From the NCBI RefSeq assembly GCF_006345805.1, contig NC_043000.1:104098001-104162000 (forward strand): a stretch of 64,000 nucleotides of DNA. Reading direction: 5' to 3'. Source of the DNA: Octopus sinensis (taxonomy: Eukaryota). The notes under the pieces are model-generated. The model saw only the letters and a program-made list of their open reading frames with translations, was not told the DNA's origin and made no database searches. Below, in pieces: positions 54,053 through 64,000 of the stretch. Within the stretch, counting starts at the first letter, position 1, and the number at the start of each line of letters is the position of its first letter. The translations under genes and the position numbers were made by a program.

Positions 54053-55310
54053 TATATATATATAAAGAGAGAGAGAGAGAGGAGTAAATTTAGCAAGTTA
54101 GGCAGGTCGATATACAAAGAATATTTAATACATTAAATACAAAAAATGAATATATACATTTATTTATATATTTTTTGTATTTACTATATTAAATATTATT
54201 TGTATATCGACCTGCTAAACTTGCTTATCCTTACATGTATCCCTCTACCCGCTCCAGTTTAAACCTCTCCAACACTACTAGGTGTATTCTATACGAAGAA
54301 TATCCGATTATATATATATATGATATCATAAGTTAGATTTTAGACATTGTCATCTTTTTTCTAGCATGTTGACGATTTGTATACGTACTCGCTTGCACTT
54401 CATATATATATATATTAAAATATATATATTATATATCAAAAAATTATAAATCCAAAAGAGAAGCACACCCTAAGTTATAGAGCAGTAGAGTAATTAAAGA
54501 TAGTCCGGCCATAACTATCACATTTTAACTAACCTAAACTTAGCATATATCTTTATCTAATTATAGGTTTAGGTTAGTTAAAATGTGTTCATGACATATT
54601 TCAACTAATAAAAGGCAAATTCACTGCAATTATCGTAGAGAATTTTTTTTATGGTAAAAAGGTGTAAAAACAGGGATCTGGACAAAAGCCCCCTAGGACA
54701 AAAAAGCCTTGTAGGACGAAAGCCCCTCGGATAAAAGCTCCTCTGTCAAAAGCTTCACGTGACCATTTTCTTTTCTTGCACGATAATTCTAAGGACTGGA
54801 TGTCTTCCATCTATCTCTCCCTTCTATTTCTTTCTTTCTATCTATCTATTTATCTATCTATCTAGCTAACTAGCTATCTTCTATCTTTTCTCTTTTCTAA
54901 GAAAATGTTTCTCCTAGCGTTCACTTTTTCCTCTCGTTCTGGTCTAACGACTCTCCATGTTTGTTTTCGTTCGGTTTATTTGTGTATCTCCACTGTCCTG
55001 CTTTTGTTCTCAACCTTGACACCCCTCCTCCCCATACATCGAAAATTTTATTTGGGAATTTATGGGAGCAATATCTTCGAAAACTCATATTGTCGTTGAA
55101 TGCTTGAAATGAGGAGTAGATAGACAGCCGACAACTGATGAAGGGTCGTTCTCCGTGTTACTTGTCCTGTTTTCTATTTTTCCTCTCGTTTGCGTATTTA
55201 ACTCGTTTGTTTTCGTACTTCATGTTGTTTACACAGTTGATGACGTCCTGTACCCATATATGCATATGTGTGTGTGTGTATACTTTATTAAAAGCAGCAA
55301 AAATATCGCA

Positions 55311-55356
55311 AAATCTGTTACTCAGAGTTTCACGTTCCCGTTCGTCGGACAGTTTT
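55311..55356 (-). ncRNA. Type-I hammerhead-ribozyme motif (core CCGACGA)
   Basis: Same family as 53595-53640; reads AAAACTGT-CCGACGA-ACG-GGAA-CGT-GAAA-CTC-T-GAGT-A-ACAGATTT. Confidence 0.6.
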
Positions 55357-56209
55357 GTTTAGAATGGAGGAAGATAAAGTTATATGCAGAAATACAATTA
55401 CTTTGATGGATACAATTTGAAAATGGTTTTGTTTCATTGGTCCTTTCAACTAACGGTCTTTTCAATAATCGGTTGCATGAAATAACAAATTGCTGTTTTA
55501 AAAAATCATATTATTATAAGAATCGATGAAAACCTTAAATCAAAAATAGCTCATGAAGAAGGAAAAAGGCCTGAATACCCAGGGTAAATAATTAGTTGTA
55601 AAAATAATAATAAATTAAAAGATACATCCGTTTAAAAATTTTCCACGCTAGATAACATATACATTTAGCAATATATACACATACCAAACAATCTATAATA
55701 TACGTATATACACAAAACATACAAACGCAGGTACATAGCTACATACATATAAAGACATATATTAGGCAAGACATAAATATATACAAATGCATATGTATGT
55801 ATGCACGCACACGCACGCGCACAAAATCTCTTGGTGGTATGCTTATACAAGTTATTGTTACAGGCGAAATAAAGAAAAAGAAAAAAAGTCAGAGAATAAC
55901 AGTGGGGGACGAAGATGAAAGGGGAAAAGAAGAAATAGAAACAGAAAATTAGAGAAAGGGAAAAATAGATAGAGGTAGAGAGAGTGAAATGATGGTGTTC
56001 GAATAAGTATCTTCGGAGTCCGAAGTCAAGGGTCACCAATTGTAACGGTAGAGTTTTTATTTTGGTGTGGTTATTGTAACGGGAGAAATTGATTTGTAAA
56101 CAATATTAAGATGATGTCGGCTGTCAGCGGGTGAGACGATAATTATTTGTTGTTATGATTGCTTACTTTAAGATGTGAAAGATGAACAATGCATGAAATT
56201 TTAAGAAAG

Positions 56210-56420
56210 TATTTATTTACCTATTTCTTTACTGCCCACAAGGGGCTAAATACACAGAGGACAAACAAGGACAGACAAACGGATTAAGTCGATTATAACG
56301 ATCCCAGTGCGTAACTGTTACTTATTTAATCGACCCCGAAAGGACGAAAGGCAAAGTCGACCTCGGCGGAATTTGAACTCAGAACGTAACGGCTAACGTT
56401 TCTGCCAGCTCGCTGCCTTA
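56210..56420 (-). mobile_element. SINE family B, CpG-intact copy
   Basis: Reverse complement of 58281-58515. Confidence 0.85.
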
Positions 56421-57139
56421 AAGTATTTATTTACCGTTACGTTACACATACCTTGCCTCGACGAGCAGATTTTGATATGTCGAAAAGCATGCGAAGTAAG
56501 AGAACAAAATTAGAGCTAGTGAGAATTGTAGGGTATAGAACTTTGTCTCACGTGTTACTGACAGTAAACTTCATTTCTCCCTCTGACCAAGGCTGGTCAG
56601 CCATATCTCGTTGAGTCGTCACCGACTGGTGACTAACTCCGTTGAGTCGTCACGACTGTGCCGAACTCCGTTGAGTCGTCACGACTATGACTAACTGATT
56701 TTTGCTTGGGATGTGCTGATTTATATAACTATCAAGAAGGATAGATATATCATTGAGAACAATAGATTTAGTTGGTGGTCTTGTTATCTCTATTCTAGCT
56801 TTTGGTGAAGTAGAAGAGGTTAGAAAGGGTCAAGTGGTGAAGACATTATTTCGGCCTAGCTAAAGGCATCTGGAAAATGTAAAACTGCTGTCAGAGAAAA
56901 ACCATTGTTCCACCGTAGGAAAAGTTCTGTTGCAGTGTTAATTTAAATTTGGCTGTGGTGGATCGAATCCACTTCATGCACACACACATATGCAGACTTC
57001 GTTCAGCTTGCGAAACGTACAAATATAAAATCGCACGCATAAAAATACATGTATATCTACATAAATACAAACATACATACAAATACACACGCATACAAAT
57101 ATACAAATAAATATGTGCGCAAATACAAATTAGATTCCG

Positions 57140-57750
57140 CAAATTCAACAATCAACTCCAGAGAGATATGAAGGAAAAAATTAGAGACATAAAGAACTCG
57201 GATAAGATCTTTGTAAACTCCGACAAAACAAAAAAACTTATACATGATTGACAAAGATGTGTATAAACGTCTACTTTCGAACAGCATCACAGACCCCCTA
57301 CAAAAAGATAACACAAATTCATATAAAGAGGTGAATTTGGAGGCAAGAAGAATTGCTAACAACCTGAAAGTTTGTGACAGGATAGAATACCTCACCCCAC
57401 GTCAACCCTTTATTACCCTAAAAGACCACAAAGCTAATTTCAACAGAAACCCTGAATGTAGACTAATTAACCCAGCTAAAACTGAAATAGGCATTATTAG
57501 CAAATATATTTTAGAGTGTATTTTAAACAAGTTCAATAGTGAATTAAATTTACGGATATGGAAAAATAGCAAGTCAGTGATAGATTGGTTCAAAGGGATT
57601 AGCCATAAGAATAACTGCAAATTTACGCAGTCTGATATTGTCGATTTTTACTCGTCAAAATATCTAGGCCTTTGCTTCTAAAAGCATTAGACTTCGTCAA
57701 GCAGTATGTCACCATCGTTAGCTAGGAAATAGATATTATCCTGCATGCAA
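57140..57750 (+). mobile_element. Penelope-like element reverse-transcriptase fragment (Naiad-like)
   Basis: Reads SDKTKNLY...PFITLKDHKANF...CRLINPAKTEIG.ISK...WF...FTQSDIVDFYSS; frameshifted after the first catalytic Asp motif. PLE call is confident, clade call tentative. Confidence 0.8.
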
Positions 57751-57818
57751 GGATATATATATATATATATATATATACGCACACATGCACACACACATAT
57801 GCAGACAGACAGGCAGGC

Positions 57819-57849
<31 letters not shown>

Positions 57850-57879
57850 TAGATAGATAGATGTACATAATTCTATTTC

Positions 57880-58270
57880 TCACAACATTCAGTTTCACAC
57901 CACTGCTATTTTCGAATAAGAACTGTGTTTCTGTTGATTTTTTTTTATTGTGCTTATTTAATATACATTGGAGTGGATTTGTTAAGTCTATGGCTATCGT
58001 TCTCATTGATTGGTTGCTAAACGTTTTTTTATGTTTTTGTATTATTTTTATGAGATCGTTGTCCATTACTATTCTTTTTATTGATGGATTTCCAATGTCG
58101 TTTAGTTATGTTAGAGCGTTGAATACAGTTATATTATTTACCAATTTGTTACTAGTATTGTATTTTCAATGGTCGGATTTGCTGTTAATTTTTGTGTATA
58201 TTAACAAAATTACTATCAATTTTTCTGTATATGAAGTCGCAGTTCAGTGTTGGTTATATTTACAATATCC
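57880..58270 (-). mobile_element. Decayed Penelope-type thumb/linker region upstream of GIY-YIG
   Basis: Minus-strand fragments DFIYRK, IGNPSIK, LQCILNKHN and ENSSGVKLN resemble the Penelope region preceding the GIY-YIG domain; heavily degraded. Confidence 0.4.
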
Positions 58271-58280
58271 AGGCTCACTG

Positions 58281-58730
58281 AAGGCGGCGAGCTGGTAGAA
58301 ACGTTAACACGCCGGGCGAAATGCTTAGCGGTATTTTGTCTGCCGTTACGTTCTGAGTTCAAATTCCGCCGAGGTTGACTTTGCCTTTCATCCTTTCGGG
58401 GTCGATAAATTTAGGACTAGTTACGCACTGGGGTCGATATAATCGACTTAATCCGTTTGTCTGTCCTTGTTTGTCCTCTCTGTGTTTAGCCCCTTGTGGG
58501 TAGTAAAGAAATAAGTATTTTGTCTGTCTTTACGTTCTGGATTCAAATTCCGCCGAGATCGACTTTGCCTTTCATCCTTTCGGGGTCGATAAATTAAGCA
58601 CCAGTTGCGTACTGGGGCCTTGTGCCTAGAGTAGAAAAGAATATTAATGTACCAGTTGCGTACTAGTGTCGATTTAATCGACTGACTCCCTTCCCAAAAA
58701 TTTCGGGCCTTGTGCCTTGAGTAGAAAAGA
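58281..58730 (+). mobile_element. SINE family B, full copy plus partial tandem duplications
   Basis: GGCGGCGAGCTGG...GAGTTCAAATTCCGCCGAGG...TTTCATCCTTTCGGGGTCGATAAA. Confidence 0.9.
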
Positions 58731-59483
58731 ATATCATGGTTCACTGGCTTCCATTAATTATTTCACATCTTGTTTATCTAGTTGTTTTGCTGTTTTTTAG
58801 GTGTTTTATTTTTGTCGCTAATAAATGTAAGAAATGAAAGCATTGTTGACGAGGATAATATTAATAATTGATTATGAATAATTTCCCCTTTATTTCCTAA
58901 ACAAACCTCTTCTGATCTTGTTAGTAGAATTGAGCAATGATAATTTCACGGTAAGTGGCTTGTAAATACAAATTTGCTATAACATGCGCGCGCGCACATA
59001 TACAAGACCAGTCCAAACAAATTTTACATGAACGAGTTTGTAAAGTTACGCACACATAACTCAGATAATCTGTGTTGTAGTAAAACGTATTATGTAAAAT
59101 GTAGATATATATTTCTTACATATATATGTTTTACAAAGTCAGTTGGATAATGTATAGGGAAATATTCGTATCAGCGGAATAATTTGTGTTGTAAAGTCAA
59201 ATGTGCAAGGAAATAAAAAGCCATCAGCAACGAGAAAATCAGTTTGCATGCAGTAACGAACGATTGGAATCTCGAAGGTCATAATCAACTTAAGCTTAGC
59301 GATCGAGTGGTAGTTATACTGGCTAGTCAAACTAAATACACGTGCGTTTAAACTAGTAAAATATTTTGTTTAGCTAGGAGAGCGAGAGACAAATAATACA
59401 ACAAACTATGTTGTCACTAAGTAAACCAGCTCAGACTGGTTCTATTTAAATAGCCAAAAAAGTAACACAGTAAATAAATCGTT

Positions 59484-59980
59484 TCTTATTTCTTTATTGC
59501 CCACAAGGGGCGAAACATAGAGGGGACAAACAAGGACAGACAAAGGGACTAAGTCGATTAGATCGACCCCAGTGCGTAACTGGTATTTAATTTATCGAAC
59601 CAGAAAGGATGAAAGGCAAAGTCGACTTCGGCGGAATTTGAACTCAGAACGTAGCGGCAGACGAAATACTGCTAAGTATTTCGCCTGGCGTGCTAACGAT
59701 TCTGCCTGCTCGCCGCCTTAACACAGTAAATAAATCGTTTCTGACTGACCATTATTTCTGACTTATAAAAAAAATTATTTCTAATTTTAGCGCAAGGCCA
59801 GCAATTTTATGGGGAGGAGGTAAGTTAATTACATCGACCCCAGAATTTATTTTATCGGCCCTGAAAGATGAAAGGTAAAGTCGACCCCGGCAGCATTTGA
59901 GCTCAGAGCGAAACATCGGAAGACATACTGCTAAGCATTTTGTTCAGTGCGGTAACGATTCTGCCTGATAGCCGCTTTAA
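59484..59980 (-). mobile_element. Two SINE family B copies
   Basis: Reverse complements of 58281-58515. Confidence 0.85.
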
Positions 59981-60130
59981 TTTACAAAAATGATACATGT
60001 TACACTAGTGCAACATGGATATGCATTGTGTTTGACTTGCCAAAAATGTGGCTGACAGGTTTCTAGTGTCTGATAAGATATAATAAGGCACTTGATAAAA
60101 TCAGACTTGTGTATTTAGGTAGCCGTAAAT

Positions 60131-60161
<31 letters not shown>

Positions 60162-60624
60162 GCTAGGTCAGGTTTTTGTTGGTATGTTTCAGTGGTAGTT
60201 ATGGTTGGAGGATGTATGTCCTGCTATTTCTTAATGTGATCTTGATAAAATCGTGAAACTAGTTTTTTGGGGTTTAGGTCGTCATCAATAGGTAATTATT
60301 TTCAGCTATATCATGTTTTTGTATGATAGTTATGGCTTGGAAGGTGTGCGTCCTATTTTTGTAAAAGAGTGTGTGTGTGTGTGTGTGTGCGCGTGCGCGC
60401 GCGCATTTGTTTTTCTGCGTATTTTACTTAACATGGATGTTCTGTAAAATGCCTCAAATCTTCAGTATTCGTCTTGAGAAAGTATTTCGTGTAGTTCTAA
60501 AGAGTACACTTCTGATATTTTAAGCATTATAAATGTATAGAAAATACTTTCTCAGGACGAATAACAAAGTTTTGTAGCGTTCTACAGTATAGCCACACTA
60601 AGTAAGATAGATAGAATGCTATTC

Positions 60625-61070
60625 TTAACTAATACTGTTTCTGTCGCTCTCATTCATGATCTCCTTTGCGCTGGTGATTACGATCTCATAACTCACAACG
60701 AGGAAGTGCAGCTCCTGATAGACTGTTTTTCAGCCACGTTTGATGAGTTTATACTTATTCTTAAGAAGACTGTAGTCATGCTACAACCATCACAAGGTAA
60801 GCCATAATCCAATCATCAATGTACGACAAGCTTAAAAAATTAAAAGTCGTGAATTCGTTTTTCTACTTTGGTAGCACAACACTATCTAGATTTAAAGCAC
60901 ATGACGAGGAGGTCAGTCGTAGACTTTCTTAGGCCTTCTATGCATTCCCAAAGCTCGAATCGAGTCCCTAGTTGCAATTGGACATCAAAGCAGCAACGAA
61001 AGTTGAGGTCTCTCAAGCACTGTTGCATGGGTGCGAGGCCTGGATAACATGCTACAGACATCCACCAATG
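60625..61070 (+). mobile_element. RTE-type LINE RT remnant
   Basis: Reads IHDLLCAGDYDL...QLLIDCFSATFDEF..LKKTVVMLQP (decayed ADD motif region) and later ALLHGCEAW. Confidence 0.75.
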
Positions 61071-62486
61071 ATGCTTGCCTTATATACATACATACATTCG
61101 TACATTCACAAACAAAAACGCGCGCGCACACGCACGCACGGCTTGGAATTGAACAAAACCAAAAGGTAGAGACAGGTGAAGGGACAACAAAGTGTATTAG
61201 TATGACACCCAGAAGAACTGGAAGAGTATGTATTTGTAGCGGGCTGGCTGTGACATTCCACATCATGTCGATCGTGTAGGTGTAACAATTAAAGGTTCTC
61301 GCGTCAGAGTAACCAGTGAACATTGAAGAATCAACACCAACAAGGAAGAAATATTATTTACCTATATTTATTCGTTTGCTCGACAGGTAGAGAGACAGTT
61401 CTAGTGATAGTGACAACAAGGATGGCTCACTGGTTAGTAGTTGATAGTGTAGAAGTTGCTGTCAGTAGAGAGTGAAAGAGTAAAGAATATACGGTACTGA
61501 CTAGAAAGGAAGAAAGGATAAAGGTGGCACTGTCTTTCTTGCGGCCGAAAGCTTCTCTTCGTACGTCGAACTAAGGGAGAAGGGAAGTGTGCCCTTGGTC
61601 ATGGCTGACGCAAAAAAGCGTGTTGCTCCTTAGTCTGCTGAGGGAGAGCTAGGAAAAGTTCTGTGTTATATAGACTATGGTCAGTAATGTAGGTCAAACC
61701 CTAAACAAAGGACTGACCTTTCCTCGACCAGCACAGGTCCTTGGGGATCAAGTGCTTCCTTATCAATCATCTGGTGTGGAGAGGATTTCCTGCTTGCAAT
61801 AAGCGGGTAGATTTGGTCTCAAATCTCAGGCAGGGCGAAGTGAGGTCCCTACTCTACTCCCCCGCTGGAGTTTCTAAAAAAAAAAAAAGAAAAGAAACGA
61901 ACGATCCAGGAAAAGAGTGCATCCATACAAAAGTGCATTTTAAGACAAGGGGAAAATAACGTTCAATTGTGAAAAGTATTTTGTTGTTGGTAAATGTGAT
62001 TCAAGGCTGAGAAAAATTGTGCATATCAGGAGAGGGATCCGAGGGGAATATTGAGATGGTATACAGGATAGGTATCTATTCGTGTGAGTCCGAATAGTGG
62101 TGTCGCTTTGCGTGAGCAGACTGCACAGTATGTCAGTCGGTGTGCGACTGAGGCAGAGTGAACGAGCGTGCGCATAAGTGCTGAATGTGCCAGTTGTTGC
62201 GTGACTGAGGCAGTGAAGTGAGCGTGCAAGCTCTCTCTCTCCTCCTTTCGCTCCATTTGTGTGTTTTCTTAATATGTATGTGCAGTGGAGACCTGTTTGC
62301 GTTAATAGCAATCGGGATCGTTAAATGTTTCTTTCATTCTCTCACTTTTTCACCCTCTCTCTCTGCAATCTTCGCATCCAGTGTTACAAAGTATTGACGT
62401 CAAATAGGCCATCATCAAAACAAGTGTTGTATCCAGTCAGCCGTGACAAATCAGCAGCGTCTCAACAGCTGCGTCTAATCATCCGA

Positions 62487-62489
<3 letters not shown>

Positions 62490-62517
<28 letters not shown>

Positions 62518-62746
62518 ATGTATGTATGTATGTATGTATGTATGTATGTATGTATGTATGTATGTATTTATGTATGCCTGTATGTATGTATGTATATATG
62601 TATGTATGCATGGATGTATGCATGTATGTATGTATGTATGTATGTATGTATGTATGTACATATGTGTGTATGTATGTATTATGTATGAATGTATTACGTA
62701 TGTATGTATGTATGTATGTATGTATGTATGTATGTATGTATGTATG

Positions 62747-62775
<29 letters not shown>
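62490..62775. repeat. (TATG)n microsatellite
   Basis: Seen directly. Confidence 0.97.
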
Positions 62776-62777
<2 letters not shown>

Positions 62778-63027
62778 GTGCGTGCGTGCGTGTATGTGCA
62801 CTATGACCGAATTCCCATCGGCTGATTTTCCCGATTTTTCTCACTCACTGCAGTAGCGTGTACAGAGACAAAAGGATAAAACAAAATAGCACTAACGATA
62901 GAACACAGAGATGTATGCGCAAAATCTTTAAGAGGTAGGAAGCTGGGACAGAATCAAAGCTTTTTGCCAGAAAAACGTTTCAAATCATTCGTAAATCAAG
63001 AAGTAATAGTGTAAATTAAATTAATAT

Positions 63028-63385
63028 TCTTTTCTACTCTAGGCACAAGGCCCCAGTACGCAACTGGTACTTAATTTATCGACTCCGAAAGGATGAACGC
63101 AATCTCGACCGTAGCGGAATTTGAACTCAGAACGTAGCGGCAGACGAAATACCTATTTCTTTACTACCCACAAGGTGCTAAACACAGAGAGGACAAACAA
63201 GGACAGACAAATGGATTATGTCGATTATATCGACCCCAGTGCGTAACTGGTACTTAATTTATCGACCCCGAAAGGACGAAAGGCAAAGTCGACCTCGGCG
63301 GAATTTGAACTCAGAACGTAACGGCAGACGAAATACGGCTACGCATTTCGCCCGGCGTGCTATCGTTTCTGCCAGCTCGCCGCCT
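63028..63385 (-). mobile_element. SINE family B, full copy plus partial duplication
   Basis: Reverse complement of the 58281-58730 arrangement. Confidence 0.9.
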
Positions 63386-63479
63386 TTAAATTAATTCATA
63401 TTGTATTCATGAACTGGCGATATTTGATGATGTTTTCGTACTTGCACATCGTTGTCACACCAGGAAGTTCAAATAAGAT

Positions 63480-63900
63480 CTCAGCACAGAAGAGTCCTAT
63501 TCTTCCTAAAGCCTAATATGTTCATAGTCTTGGCAACATTTTCAGGTAGAACTGCACTTGCGCATGCCTGTTCAAAACAAATCAGTACTAAATGATTCAG
63601 ACGAACTTGTCCCATATGGTTGAGTAGCTATCTTTGGAATTTCCTGTGGGTACTAAAAGAATACTCGGTAGAACACAATGTTGCAGTAACCACAATTAAA
63701 GTTTGAATTTAAGTCGTTACAAAGTATTGAATGTCGGAAATCCAGCATCTCTGTAGTCGAACCTTTGACCATAGAAATCGTTCAAGCAGTCTTTGATCGA
63801 GGATTTTCACTCGAAATTTTTCCCGAAAATTGGAGCGTTGGTTAATACAGATTCGTTGTCGCAACCCTCTCCAGGTTCACTGCTTCTACATCTATAGTAG
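63480..63900 (-). mobile_element. hAT transposase C-terminal dimerisation-domain remnant
   Basis: Reads VTATLCSTEYSFSTHRKFQR*LLNHMGQVRLNHLVLI...ILGFRKNR, resembling the hAT 'T.A..ERSFS.L......LR..M.Q.RL..L' motif. Confidence 0.7.
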
Positions 63901-64000
63901 TGCATTAAAGTAAAATGTAAGAAACAAGAACAAACTTTGTAAATTAGAGAGATTAAAATATAACAACGGAACTGACCAAGAAATAACAGAAACAGTAACA

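Noticed and set aside
56610-56697. CRISPR array
   Set aside because: Eukaryotic context, no unique spacers, no cas genes.
61540-61590. GAAAGCTT...TTCG/CGAA type-II hammerhead-like arrangement
   Set aside because: Core reads CTAAGGG rather than CTGANGA; too weak.

Overview
AT-rich, microsatellite-saturated animal genomic DNA. The SINE/LINE repertoire and (TA)n/(ATT)n/(TATG)n density suggest an octopus or related cephalopod (inference). One host gene is well supported: the last three coding exons (14741-15062, 16507-16668, 18252-18482, + strand) of a ZNF704/ZNF395/SLC2A4RG (Glut4EF)-family transcription factor ending in a C-clamp domain. Its C2H2-finger exon was not found and probably lies upstream of the window. 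The rest is mostly decayed mobile elements: RTE- and CR1/L2-type LINEs, Penelope-like elements, Tc1/mariner, hAT, Helitron, piggyBac- and pogo-type MITEs, and at least three tRNA-derived SINE families. Most ORFs in the supplied track are microsatellite artefacts. The most interesting signals are: (i) several unrelated inverted-repeat elements beside (TA)n tracts that each carry type-I hammerhead-ribozyme motifs, including a perfect 395-bp palindrome with one hammerhead per strand and a family with a CCGACGA core variant; (ii) an 86-bp hairpin whose 11 non-Watson-Crick positions are all transitions, 10 of them G.U-compatible only on the + strand; (iii) a CpG-poor to CpG-rich switch near 45-51 kb; (iv) a possible 4-exon minus-strand small ORF at 40-41 kb. 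All alignments and pairings were done by eye; no searches were run.
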